Notes: generated by a model from the letters alone, not told the origin. A DNA stretch of 64,000 bases from an uncultured Acidobacteriota bacterium (GCA_963730995.1 CAVSUB010000005.1:67408-131407), one strand, 5' to 3'. Shown: positions 1-9,860, counted from the first letter of the stretch. Program-made: numbers and translations.

Positions 1-436
1 GCCAGCAGGATCGTCAGCTCACTGCCCTTCGTCGTCGTTCGGGCGTAGACTTCCCACTGGTAGTTCACCTTCACAAAGCCGTGGACCGTCTTGTTCTTTG
101 CCAGCGCCAACTGGACCTCCGGCCCCACCGCGAAGACCTTGTTCTTGCGCCGGATGAGGATGTCGGGAAATGCACGCGCTCCCGATCCGAAGGTCGAGTG
201 ACATCCCTCCTGGTGTCAATTTCACCGGTGTCAACGCTCATTGACAAAGGTCGTCGCGTTCGACACAGCAACGGAAGCCAACCCTCCTGTCATCCAGAGC
301 ACCCTACACGAGCCATACCCACCCCGCACGGTCCGGCGATCGCTTGAGAAGCGTGTCCACGCCTCACATACTCGAATCGCGGCAAAGGCACTCGCACATG
401 CCTGTTAGGTGCATTTTCTCGCCGCGAGGAGAGTGC

Positions 437-1375
437 ATGTTCGACAGATACGATCCACGGCCCGACGATAGGAGAGAGCGTGGCGGCTCTTGGGAGCGCG
501 GCTTCGGCAGCCGCGGCGGCACGAGCCAACGAGACCGTGACGATTCGGCTGACGTATTCACCCGCGATCTCGACCTCCCTCGCGGACGCGACCGGGAGCA
601 CGTGCGCAACCGCGATCGCGTCTACGAGATCAACGGCTCGGAGAGCCGGGCGCTGGCGACGATTGGCGCATTTCGGGTCGTCGCAGAGAGTGACCTTCAC
701 GACCTCCGTGAGGACGCTCAGAGCTCAAGGCACAACCTCAAGCATCTCGAAAAGGAAGGGCTGATTCGGCCCACGCCGCTAAGCGCAGAGGATCGAGCTG
801 TCACGCTGACAGACCGCGGGCGCGATCTTCTCGAAGCGAACCGGTATGAGCGCGACGGCCATCTCCACGAGTCTCGTCAAACCTTCTACGCCGGCGTCAG
901 GAAGCCCCGCGAGCTGACGCATGACGCCAAGGTCTATCGCGCCTACCAGCGCACCGAGGAGCGCCTCCGAGAGAAGGGCGGCCGAGTCCGACGAGTGGTC
1001 CTGGACTACGAGCTCAAGCGGGACTATCAGCGGTTCCTGCACGAGCGCAATCGAGGCCGAAAGGACTGCGACGGTCGGCCGGATCGCGAACCGGAAGAGA
1101 TCGCGCGCTGGGCTCGTGAGCACGACCTGCCGTACAGCGACGAGCACGTGCATTTTCCCGATGCCCGGATCGAGTACGAGAACCGGGACGGCCGGTCACG
1201 CCACGAGGACATCGAGGTCGTGACCGCTCACTATCGAGGCGCTCACGCGGGCGCGGCTGTCAAGTCCGGCTTCACGTGCTATCGCGTGGTCGGCGGGTTG
1301 GTTGGCGGCCGAGGGGGCGGCGGGAGCCGCCGGGGGCCGGCGCATCCTCGCATCATCGAGGAGCTCCTGCGATGA
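437..1375 (+). CDS. Putative replication-relaxation (relaxase-like) protein with winged-helix N-terminus
   Basis: ATG 437 with GAGGAG RBS; wHTH-like LKHLEKEGLI...VTLTDRGR; THD motif; PD..IEY...DIE nuclease-like motif; lies within the integrative element. Confidence 0.5.
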   Translation: MFDRYDPRPDDRRERGGSWERGFGSRGGTSQRDRDDSADVFTRDLDLPRGRDREHVRNRDRVYEINGSESRALATIGAFRVVAESDLHDLREDAQSSRHNLKHLEKEGLIRPTPLSAEDRAVTLTDRGRDLLEANRYERDGHLHESRQTFYAGVRKPRELTHDAKVYRAYQRTEERLREKGGRVRRVVLDYELKRDYQRFLHERNRGRKDCDGRPDREPEEIARWAREHDLPYSDEHVHFPDARIEYENRDGRSRHEDIEVVTAHYRGAHAGAAVKSGFTCYRVVGGLVGGRGGGGSRRGPAHPRIIEELLR

Positions 1376-2121
1376 CGTTGCCGCCTGCACCCGACCGTTG
1401 GACGATCGAGCTGGCCAATGCCGAGCGCACGGACGCGATCGCCGCCTTCGGCTTCACGGAGCGTCAGGCGCGGTTCCTGGTGAACGTCCTCCTTCACGCC
1501 GGCGTCTTCGTCGAGCGCCAGTACCTGTCGTTTTGCCGGCATCTCCCACGGCCAGAAGACCACCGACTTCCTCAAGACCCTCGTCGAGCGGCGACGCGGC
1601 GCTACTTTCCGGACAAACTGCCGATTGGCGTGCAGCCACACGCCGAACCGCACGTGCTCACCTACCTCGTGACGCAGCCGTCGCCAATGGACTTCCGGCT
1701 GTTTCTGCTCCGGCACACAGCACTCCTGCAGGTGCTGCTCCGATGGACCATCCGCCTACTGGTTCCGCGCCAACTTCGGAAGTCACGGCTGGCCTACCTG
1801 CACGCCGCGCGCGAGCATCTGGCCACGCCGCTCCACCCGTCCGGCGCCGAACAGCTCGAGTGGTTCTTCAGCGAGCGGAAACGTCTCGCCGAACTCAGCG
1901 CTGGCCCGGCGGACAAACGCTATTTGGACCTGCTCAAGGTCTATCGCTCTCCGAAGTTTCGAGCGCTGTACCGACACTGGCTCGACGATCCCTCGAACAC
2001 GATCCGGATGGCGGGTTCGCCGCTCATCGCCGACAACATCGAACGCGGTCACGGGACGGTCGAGTGCGTCGAGTTGTCACGGCAGTACCTCCCTCTCTCT
2101 CCCCTGGTTGACGTCGCTTGA
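1372..2121 (+). CDS. Element-borne hypothetical protein, possibly internally damaged
   Basis: ATGA overlap with the upstream stop; GFTERQARFL and YFPDKLPIG segments; an alternative frame at ~1526-1594 looks more protein-like. Confidence 0.55.
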   Translation: MTLPPAPDRWTIELANAERTDAIAAFGFTERQARFLVNVLLHAGVFVERQYLSFCRHLPRPEDHRLPQDPRRAATRRYFPDKLPIGVQPHAEPHVLTYLVTQPSPMDFRLFLLRHTALLQVLLRWTIRLLVPRQLRKSRLAYLHAAREHLATPLHPSGAEQLEWFFSERKRLAELSAGPADKRYLDLLKVYRSPKFRALYRHWLDDPSNTIRMAGSPLIADNIERGHGTVECVELSRQYLPLSPLVDVA

Positions 2122-2944
2122 CCACAAACAGCTGAGGACGACCTACGGGACAACCCCGAAAAATGAGGTCGTCCCTCGACACGTCGAACCTCCCCTGAGA
2201 TGACGCGGCTCCGAATCTCGTCGCAGGCTATCGGGACTCGCAACGGTTAGCCATTGGCCGCGCGCATCTTCACCAGCCGAGCGCGCGCAGGTCTCGGAAT
2301 GAAGGGCGGCGCTCTTTGCCGCCCCAATACAACCGTCGCCGTCAAAGTCAGCGCAGGAAACATGGCGTGAGCGACCCCATCGCGCGCGCGCGCAACAGCC
2401 CTGCGCCTGTCCGGAGGGGTCGCTCACGCCATGGGTGCATCTGTCCTTTGCACCTGGCAATTCAGGTGTGATTTGGCCGGTCAGAGCGCCGACCCTGCGT
2501 CGGAAAGCCCGTCGATAGTGCCAGAGATTTCATGGACGATCTGTCCCAGGCTTTACGGAAGATCCTGGCCAGGACGAGGGCACGGTACTGGGTCGGAATG
2601 CGGGCGCGATTCGCCAGAACATTGGATCCGGGGTAGTAGATGGTCTTCGATCGTGTTATGTGTCGCGATGTGCCGACGAACGTGAGGGTGGATGTGACGC
2701 CGGCCATCACGGCTTAGATGCTGGCGCTGTGCTCGGCAGCGTGCAAGGCTCTCCGCTCCGCTTCGACCGCGCATTGCGCGCGGCCTTCGGGCCTTGACGC
2801 TGCCTGCGCGCAGCCCGGAATTGGCAAATACGTGATGGCCGGACGACTGCTGTCGCAATGCTTCGACTTGAACTCAGTTCGACTGTTGTCGCCGGGGAAC
2901 ATCGAGCTTCAATTCTGGGCCCATGCTGGCGGAGGCCCTCGCGT

Positions 2945-3580
2945 TCAGGCGATCGCCAGCTCGAGGCTGTCTCTCATTCGGAAGGAATCAGCGTACTCGA
3001 TGTGCAGAACCCGACGTGGACGATCAGTCTCGGCCTTGGACGATGCGTGCAGAAGAAGGGGGCGCATAGCCACGATGCCGCCGGCCGGAACGACACAGTC
3101 GACAGGCCGAGTCTCTCGAGCAAAGCGTTCGACTTCGGCATCCGACAGCACGCCCAGTGTGTGAGTTCCGGGAAGGACACGCAGCGGCCCGTTATCCGCA
3201 CGTGAATCGTCGATGTGCAGCCGGAGCGCAATGACACGGGACAGCGCTGACGCCGGCGCGTACGCGATTCCGGCTTTGACCGACCACGGTCCCGATCCTG
3301 GAACATCGCGACGTTCCCGGAGCGGCAGCGCAGTGTCCTGATGCCAGCCGACCAGCCAATTGTTCCGCGCCGATTTGTCAAAGAGAGTCGCTCGGAATGG
3401 GACCGGGTCTGCCTGAAGAAAGCCACGCGCGATCGAGAGCAAGCGCGGATTGTGAGCAACCTGGTCAACGACTGGACGACGCATCAGGTGCCGCGCACCG
3501 GCGCGACTGCGCTCGAGCATGTCCGATTGCATGGTCTGGGCGATGCTATCGACCTCAGATCGAGTCAGTACCTCCGGCAC
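2945..3580 (-). CDS. Phytanoyl-CoA dioxygenase (PhyH) family 2OG-Fe(II) oxygenase
   Basis: WHQD, LHIDD...NGPLRVLPGTH, LLHASS..RRVLHIEY motifs; start uncertain. Confidence 0.8.
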   Translation of the reverse strand: MPEVLTRSEVDSIAQTMQSDMLERSRAGARHLMRRPVVDQVAHNPRLLSIARGFLQADPVPFRATLFDKSARNNWLVGWHQDTALPLRERRDVPGSGPWSVKAGIAYAPASALSRVIALRLHIDDSRADNGPLRVLPGTHTLGVLSDAEVERFARETRPVDCVVPAGGIVAMRPLLLHASSKAETDRPRRVLHIEYADSFRMRDSLELAIA

Positions 3581-4292
3581 GACTTCGAAACCAAAGACGT
3601 TGTGCTCGATCGAGTTGGACAGGCTGATCCAGGACTGCGGATACCTTAACCGTTCGGAGCTGAGCCGATCGCATTGTCCATCTCTCTACCACTGGATGGC
3701 GTCACGAGTGGTTTGATCCCGTCACGGACCGGGGTGTGCTGATTTCGTCTTTTCAGGCTTCTGAGTCGTATGAAGGCAAGAAATCGATCGATTGGGGATT
3801 GACCTGATTTCCACGTGGCGCTATTCTGCGGCCATTCGTCGGTGCGATCTGCACCCCTCCGCGAGTCGGTCATCCGACGCGGAGAGTTGTCATCGGTGCC
3901 TCCAACAGGCCCGATCGACAACCAGCCTGCGAATGAACAGGCCACCCGATTGGCGCGTAGCACACTGGCACGCGCCTGGGCCGCACGCGAGTGCCTCAAG
4001 GGCACCTGAATCGCGGCCCATGTCGAAGCGTTAACCGCACGGGTTGGCGATCGTGGGGACAGCACGACCAACCGCATGGTGCAGTCGAAGCGCTTCCCGT
4101 CGCACGGTCGTTGATCGTGCGGTCACCGAGCGAGAGGTTCAGCCTCCCGGTCTTCGATGTCGGCACATTGCCCACATCTGCGCATCTGATCCCGGCGCTC
4201 TGACTTCTGATCAGCGCGCCGAGCGCACCAACTTCTCAACATCAGTTCAACGAGGCTCGCGGAAACGTGTGCGAGCGTGGGGAGGTTGCATC

Positions 4293-4514
4293 ATGAAGAC
4301 CTGGTTGACGGTTTCGGAAGCGGCGGAGTACTCGGCAGTGAGCCGGGACACGATCTACACGGCATGCGAACGCCACGAGATCCGGCACGCGCGCATCGGA
4401 GGGCGACGGGCCATACGCCTGAAGCCGGAATGGATCGACGCCTGGTTGGAACGGCACATCCGCGGGGGAGAGAACTCGCGCGTCACTACGCACGCCGCGC
4501 CCGGGTCGGCGTAA
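4293..4514 (+). CDS. Excisionase-like helix-turn-helix (HTH_17) protein
   Basis: WLTVSEAAEY..VSRDTIY...RIGGRRAIRL; GGAGG RBS; upstream of the integrase. Confidence 0.85.
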   Translation: MKTWLTVSEAAEYSAVSRDTIYTACERHEIRHARIGGRRAIRLKPEWIDAWLERHIRGGENSRVTTHAAPGSA

Positions 4515-4531
4515 TCTGGTGGTCAGCGAAG

Positions 4532-4759
4532 ATGATGCCGGTTGAGACGATTTACGTTTATCTGGTAGATGAAGGCGTGGACTGCTGGCGGCCAGTCGAA
4601 GCCCTCAACGAGGGCGCCGACAAGTACCGAATCGTGAGCGCGAATCCGAATCCCATAGATGAACGACAGGAGTTCACAACCGGCGAACTTGTCACATGTG
4701 AGCGACGACTGTCGGGAGGTAACACTCTCCGGCGATCGGGCACCGCAGTGGGAGCTTGA
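4532..4759 (+). CDS. Small hypothetical protein
   Basis: IYVYLVDEGVDCWRPVEA..., protein-like 75-aa ORF between xis and int. Confidence 0.55.
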   Translation: MMPVETIYVYLVDEGVDCWRPVEALNEGADKYRIVSANPNPIDERQEFTTGELVTCERRLSGGNTLRRSGTAVGA

Positions 4760-4782
4760 GCGCACGCGGAAGGGAGCGGTGA

Positions 4783-6231
4783 GTGGGTCTGTATAAGCTC
4801 TGCGATCACAACGGCCGCAACCGCGACCGCTGCAAGCATCCGTGGTGGGGCACCTTCCGCGGCGTTCGGGTGAGCCTGAACAAATGGGCGAACCGCGACG
4901 TCCAGTCCAAGGCCGAGGCCGGCGCCGCGCTTGACGAGCTCCGGGTGGCGATCCGGTCCGGCACGTTCGATCCTCGGGGCCTGCAGCCTGTCGAGGCCGC
5001 GCCGATGTCGTTCCGGGAGTTCGCCGGGATCTACAAGGAACGACACGTCGTGGCGAAGAGGCTGGCCCTCGCGGAGGACTACGACTGGTCGGTCAAGCCG
5101 TTCATCGAGCGGTTTGGCGATTGGGGAGTAGCCGACATCAAGACCGCGGACATCGAGGACTTCATCGCCGATCTGCGGCAGCCGCGCGTGATCGGCCGGC
5201 GGCCTGGTCTTCGCACGCTCACACCCGGAGCGGTCAACCGGATCGTCGACCTGCTCCGGCACATGTTGAACTGGGCGGTCGGGCGCGACTACATTCAGCG
5301 CTCACCGTTCCGGCGCGGGACAGAGACACTGATCAAGAAACTGCCCGACGACAGCCGTCGGCGGCGGCGCGTGTCCGAGGACGAGGAGGCCAAGCTGCTG
5401 GCGGTGGCGCCGCCGCACATCCAGGCGATGCTCATCGCGGCAATCGACACGGGCATGCGCCGGGGCGAGATGCTGGCACTCCGCTTCGGCGACATCGACA
5501 TCGAGCGCGGACTGATCGTCCTGCGCGCCGTGACGACGAAGAGCAGGAAGTCGCGAGTCGTGCCGATCTCGACCGAGCGCCTTCGTGCAGTGCTCGGGTG
5601 GCTCCGCGTGGACGCGGATGGCGACGAGAAGTCCAAAGACACCCTCGTGTTCAGCAACGAGGTCGGCGAGCCGCTGCGCCTCTTCCATCACTCGTGGGTG
5701 ATGACGGTGCTGAAAGCGCACGGTGTGACGCCAACGTGGAGCGCCAGGCTGGGCTACAAAGGGCTGTCCGAGGAGTCGCAGGAAGCGTTCCGCCAGATCA
5801 ACCTGCGCTGGCACGACCTGCGACATGAGTACGCCTCACGGCTGGTCGAGGAAGGCGTCCCACTCGCGCAAGTCCGCGATCTGCTCGGGCACGCGTCAAT
5901 CACGACGACCGAGCGCTACGACAACCAGACGCTCGAGAACCTGCAGATCGCGGTGACGAAGCTGGAGCGAGGGCGGGGGTTCGCGCCCGCCGCCGCGGCG
6001 GCGGCAGAAGCCTCGGCGCCACAAACGGCCGCCGTCCTGTCGCGACGCAAGCCACGCACAAAGTTTCAAGATTCTTTCAAGATCGAGGGTTCGGACGCCC
6101 GATCGGATGCCTTCGAGGGCGTCCCAGCAATCGAGCCTAACGAGCTGAATGACTTGAACTTAGAGAACTGGCTGGGACGTAGGGATTCGAACCCCAATAA
6201 CCGCGTCCAGAGCGCGGTGTCCTACCGTTGA
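4783..6231 (+). CDS. Tyrosine recombinase/integrase
   Basis: DTGMRRGE (R), HDLRH (HxxR), LLGH and TTERY (catalytic Y); the C-terminal tail runs across the tRNA antisense strand. Confidence 0.95.
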   Translation: MGLYKLCDHNGRNRDRCKHPWWGTFRGVRVSLNKWANRDVQSKAEAGAALDELRVAIRSGTFDPRGLQPVEAAPMSFREFAGIYKERHVVAKRLALAEDYDWSVKPFIERFGDWGVADIKTADIEDFIADLRQPRVIGRRPGLRTLTPGAVNRIVDLLRHMLNWAVGRDYIQRSPFRRGTETLIKKLPDDSRRRRRVSEDEEAKLLAVAPPHIQAMLIAAIDTGMRRGEMLALRFGDIDIERGLIVLRAVTTKSRKSRVVPISTERLRAVLGWLRVDADGDEKSKDTLVFSNEVGEPLRLFHHSWVMTVLKAHGVTPTWSARLGYKGLSEESQEAFRQINLRWHDLRHEYASRLVEEGVPLAQVRDLLGHASITTTERYDNQTLENLQIAVTKLERGRGFAPAAAAAAEASAPQTAAVLSRRKPRTKFQDSFKIEGSDARSDAFEGVPAIEPNELNDLNLENWLGRRDSNPNNRVQSAVSYR

Positions 6232-6242
6232 ACGACGTCCCA
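6169..6242 (-). tRNA. tRNA-Gln(CTG) with encoded CCA
   Basis: Minus strand: TGGGACG acceptor stem, CCGCG-CTCTGGA-CGCGG anticodon arm, GGTTCGAATCC T-loop, CGTCCCA-G-CCA end. Confidence 0.97.
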
Positions 6243-6299
6243 GTAGGCTGGCGGAAACCCCGATTATACCGGTCGGCCCGTGGGCGGCGCAACCGCGCG

Positions 6300-6920
6300 T
6301 CAGGGTTCGTTGTCGAGGCTTCGCCAGAGATACCAGCAGGCAACCGACCGGTACGGCTTCCACGCTTCGCCAATCCGTCGAATCCGCTCCGGCGTCGGCG
6401 CCTTGCGCAGCCGATACTGCGTCCGGATCGCGTTGACGATGCCGAGATCGCCGACCGGCAGGACGTCGGGCCGATGCAGTCGAAACATCAGGAACATCTC
6501 CGCCGACCAGCGGCCGATCCCTTTCACGTTCGTCAGCGCCGCGATGACCTCATCGTCCGGCAGGTCGTGGATTGTGTGGAGATCGAGCCGCCCATCCTGG
6601 ACGTGCGCGGAAAGATCGCGCAGGTACGCGGTCTTCTGCCGGCTGTAGCCCACCTCGCGCAGCTGTGCGTCGGTAAGTTTTGCCAGACCTTCCGGCGTCG
6701 GAGTCCCTCCGGGGATCAGCGCCGCCAGACGACCGTAAATCGTCGCGGCGGCCTTCGTGGAGAGCTGCTGGTTCGTGATCGCGCGGACAAGCGCGGAGAA
6801 GTGATCCGTCCGCTGTGCCGCGGCAAGTCCGCACGGTCCGTGGCGCTTGATCAGCGCGGCGAGAACGGCATCGCCTCGGAGGAGCACGCGCCGGGCGCGG
6901 GCGTAATCAGCGGGCGTCAC
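6300..6920 (-). CDS. alkA: DNA-3-methyladenine glycosylase II (HhH-GPD family)
   Basis: QQLSTKAA, KGIGRWSAEMFLMF, PVGDLG, WKPYRS. Confidence 0.9.
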   Translation of the reverse strand: MTPADYARARRVLLRGDAVLAALIKRHGPCGLAAAQRTDHFSALVRAITNQQLSTKAAATIYGRLAALIPGGTPTPEGLAKLTDAQLREVGYSRQKTAYLRDLSAHVQDGRLDLHTIHDLPDDEVIAALTNVKGIGRWSAEMFLMFRLHRPDVLPVGDLGIVNAIRTQYRLRKAPTPERIRRIGEAWKPYRSVACWYLWRSLDNEP

Positions 6921-7009
6921 GACCCGCGATCATACAACCGCGGCCGGCACCGGTTGCGGTACAGACACTCGCATGCATCTGTTCGAAATGAAAATCGAAG
7001 TAGGTCGAA

Positions 7010-7033
7010 GCGGGAGGGCCGGAGCCCTCCCGC
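7010..7033 (-). terminator. GC-rich hairpin downstream of the KGG gene
   Basis: GCGGGAGGGC-CGGA-GCCCTCCCGC perfect 10-bp stem; weak U tail. Confidence 0.5.
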
Positions 7034-7048
7034 CCGGAGCAGCAGGCG

Positions 7049-7318
7049 CTACTCTACCGGTCTGTCAGGCTGATCGTCGGAAGTGATCGGCTGCGATTCG
7101 AAATCAGAGGGCCGCGATTCCTCGGTCTCGGGTCCTCCCGTCTGCTCCCGGCGACGGCGATGGCTGGCGATACCACCCTTGCGACCGGCATCGCGGGCCT
7201 CTTCGCTGGTCCACTCGTGCGCGGTTCCCTTCTGGTGGGCAGCCTTGCCACCCTTGCTGGCAATCTCGCGCTGCTTGCTTCTATCCATCGAAGCGAATCC
7301 ACGATCTTCCTTTGCCAC
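7049..7318 (-). CDS. KGG-repeat general stress protein (YciG/GsiB-like)
   Basis: RGFASMDRSKQREIASKGG...EARDAGRKGG; GTG start with GGAGG RBS. Confidence 0.9.
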   Translation of the reverse strand: MAKEDRGFASMDRSKQREIASKGGKAAHQKGTAHEWTSEEARDAGRKGGIASHRRRREQTGGPETEESRPSDFESQPITSDDQPDRPVE

Positions 7319-7626
7319 GGTATTCCTCCCTCCCGTCCCGGTTCCTTCGTCCCCCGACGAGCTCTTCACGGGCGTCCCAAACCCGTAACTCTGCAACCAC
7401 GGTGCCACGAACACATTGATTTGCTTGAAGATAGCGACGCCGCTCCCAGGCGGTAGGCCATTACCGTTGCGGGGCAGAAATGTGCCGAACGGCGGGGGAT
7501 TTCATCATTTTGAGTGCACCGGCATGGCCGATCTGAGCACTAGCCTACTCACTGACGAGTTCGTGTGCGGAGTCGCACCCGACGCTCATCAATACACTTG
7601 GGTAATTTTGGATGTCCGTTATTCAG

Positions 7627-9081
7627 TCACACCGCAACGAGGCTCAAGGCGGTTTCCAGCCGCCGGATGGTGCGCGGCCGACCTAGAAGCTCCAGCACCT
7701 CGAAGAGTCCCGGACTGACCGCCTTGCCGGTCACCGCCACGCGAGTGGCATGAATGAGTGCGGCCGGTTTGATGCCGCGAGCTTCCGCCAGCGCGCGAAG
7801 CGCGGCCTCGAGCGCCGCCGCCTCGAAGGGGGCAACGGCGTCGAGCGCCCGCCGGAGCGTCGCGAGATGCTCGGGCATGCCGGCCGGCTGCAGGAACTTC
7901 CTCACGGCCGCCGGGTCGTACTCCACGTCCTCGACGAAAAAGATTCTCCCATCGTCCACGAACTGTCCGAGCCTTTTCGCGCGCGGCTTCAGGAGCTCGA
8001 TCACCCGTTCGAGCCACGGGCGCTCGGAAGATTCAAAGGCGTCGCGCCAGAGGCCGGCGTCCCGGAGGAGCGGCGCGACGCGGTTCGCGAGCTCGCCGGC
8101 AGGCAGCCGCATTATCTGCTGCTGGTTGAACCAATCGAGCTTGTCGGGATTGAAGACCGCGTTTCCGCCGCTGATGCCCTCGAGCGAGAAACGGGCCACG
8201 AGCTCCGCCTTCGTGAAGAGCTCCTCGTCCGTCCCGGGCGACCATCCAAGCAGCGCGAGGAAATTGACCATCGCCTCGGGAAGATACCCAAGCCGTTGGT
8301 ACTCCGTCACCGACGTCGCGCCATGACGTTTGCTCAGGCGCTTCTTGTCGGTGCCGAGGATCAGCGGCACGTGGGCGAACTGCGGGATCGTGGCTCCGAA
8401 CGCCTCGAAGAGGAGCACGTGCTTCGGCGTGTTCGATATGTGATCGTCGCCCCGCACGACATGCGTGATCTCCATATCCACGTCGTCGGCGACGACTGAC
8501 AGGTGATACGTAGGTTGACCGTCCGATCGCAGGATGACGAAGTCCTCGATGTTGGCGTTGTCGAACGCAATCGGCCCATGAACGAGGTCGGTGAAAGAGG
8601 TCCGGCCGTCAGGCACCTTGAATCGAATCGCCCGCGGCGTGCCGGCGGCGTTCAGCTGCGCGATTTCGGCGGCCGGCAGCGCGCAGCAGGTGCGATCGTA
8701 AATCCAGCCGCCGCCCGCCGCTTCGGCGGCCGCGCGCTTCGCCTGGATCTGTTCCGGCGTGCAGTAGCAGTAGTACGCCCGCTGGTCCCGGAGGAGCCGC
8801 TCGGCTCTCGCCCGATGCCCGTCGAACCGCTGTGACTGGAAGTAAGGCCCGCGCGGACCGCCGACGTCAGGCCCCTCGTCCCAGTCCAGCCCGAGCCAGC
8901 GAAGGCCGTCCACAATTCCGGTAACCATCTCCCAAGACGAGCGCTCGGCATCGGTGTCTTCGATGCGCAGGACGAACGTGCCGCCAAGACGCCGTGCGAA
9001 GAGCCAGTTGAAGAGCGCCGTTCGCGCGCCGCCGACGTGGAGGTAACCGGTTGGAGAAGGGGCAAAGCGGACGCGAATCAT
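7627..9081 (-). CDS. gltX: Glutamate--tRNA ligase
   Basis: RFAPSPTGYLHVGG (HIGH), RIEDTD, RGDDH, KRLSKR (KMSKS). Confidence 0.97.
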   Translation of the reverse strand: MIRVRFAPSPTGYLHVGGARTALFNWLFARRLGGTFVLRIEDTDAERSSWEMVTGIVDGLRWLGLDWDEGPDVGGPRGPYFQSQRFDGHRARAERLLRDQRAYYCYCTPEQIQAKRAAAEAAGGGWIYDRTCCALPAAEIAQLNAAGTPRAIRFKVPDGRTSFTDLVHGPIAFDNANIEDFVILRSDGQPTYHLSVVADDVDMEITHVVRGDDHISNTPKHVLLFEAFGATIPQFAHVPLILGTDKKRLSKRHGATSVTEYQRLGYLPEAMVNFLALLGWSPGTDEELFTKAELVARFSLEGISGGNAVFNPDKLDWFNQQQIMRLPAGELANRVAPLLRDAGLWRDAFESSERPWLERVIELLKPRAKRLGQFVDDGRIFFVEDVEYDPAAVRKFLQPAGMPEHLATLRRALDAVAPFEAAALEAALRALAEARGIKPAALIHATRVAVTGKAVSPGLFEVLELLGRPRTIRRLETALSLVAV

Positions 9082-9097
9082 CAAGGGGGATTGTACT

Positions 9098-9244
9098 GAC
9101 AGTCGACGGTCGGGGGTCGGCAGTCGGCAGTCGCAGTCGGCAGGCAGTCGACGGTCGGGAGTCGGCGGTCGCAGTCGGCAGGCAGTCGGCGGTCGACAGT
9201 CGGCGGTCGCAGTCGGCAGGCGGTCGGCGGTCGGCGGTCGGCGG
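9098..9244. repeat. Degenerate heptamer tandem array ((G/A)C(A/G)GTCG)n
   Basis: Repeated GCAGTCG/GCGGTCG/ACAGTCG units; higher-order unit GTCGCAGTCGGCAGGC occurs three times. Confidence 0.85.
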
Positions 9245-9365
9245 CCAACGTCAGAGGGAAAGGATGAGGCATTTTGACCGGAGTCCGATTGTCGGCAAAC
9301 AGGCGGGAATGCAGAGAAAAAGTGCGCTCCGAGAGTATAGTGTGACCGCCTGAAGGAGGCAGAAG

Positions 9366-9860
9366 ATGACCATCGAAGAGCTCATCCAGGAATTCGAATC
9401 GGAAGCCAAGACCACCCGCCGCGTGCTCGAACGGGTGCCGTCGGACAAGCTCGCGTGGGCGCCGCACTCCAGATCGATGTCGCTCGGCAGGCTCGCGATG
9501 CACCTCGCGTCGGCCCCCGGAGCCATCTCGGGCTGGCCCGTCACGGATCACTTCGAGTTCACCGGCGATCCGGCTCCGGTCCCCACGTGCACAGACGATA
9601 TCGTTGCCGCGCACGACAGCGGTGTGGAGCTCGTAAAGGAGAACCTCAAGAAAATCGGAGACGCGGGACTCGGGAACTCATGGACCGCGAGCGCTGGCGG
9701 CAAGACGCTCATGTCGATGCCGAAAGCGGTCGCGTTGCGCGCCCTGCTCATGAACCACACGTACCATCATCGTGGCCAGCTGTCGGTGTATCTCCGCCTG
9801 CTGGAAGTTCCGGTGCCCCCGATCTATGGCCCGAGCGCGGACGAGAGTCCGTTCACCTAG
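9366..9860 (+). CDS. DinB family protein
   Basis: SLGRLAMHLA, NHTYHHRGQLSVYLR, IYGPSADE; AGGAGG RBS. Confidence 0.92.
   Translation: MTIEELIQEFESEAKTTRRVLERVPSDKLAWAPHSRSMSLGRLAMHLASAPGAISGWPVTDHFEFTGDPAPVPTCTDDIVAAHDSGVELVKENLKKIGDAGLGNSWTASAGGKTLMSMPKAVALRALLMNHTYHHRGQLSVYLRLLEVPVPPIYGPSADESPFT

Larger units (their letters stand above)
1..6242. mobile_element. Right part of an integrative (ICE/IME-like) element inserted at the 3' end of tRNA-Gln; left boundary outside the window
   Basis: Excisionase-like HTH plus tyrosine integrase abutting the tRNA 3' end; relaxase-like genes upstream; no second att copy seen in the window. Confidence 0.8.

Noticed and set aside
2431-2944. Short ORFs inside the element
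   Set aside because: No recognisable motifs or RBS; possibly degraded cargo, but not supportable
6169-9081. gltX close to tRNA-Gln as evidence for a tRNA-Gln-specific GluRS
   Set aside because: Linkage of gltX with tRNA genes is ordinary, and specificity cannot be read from the motifs seen
9098-9244. Possible CRISPR array
   Set aside because: Units are contiguous 7-mers without unique spacers, and no cas genes are present
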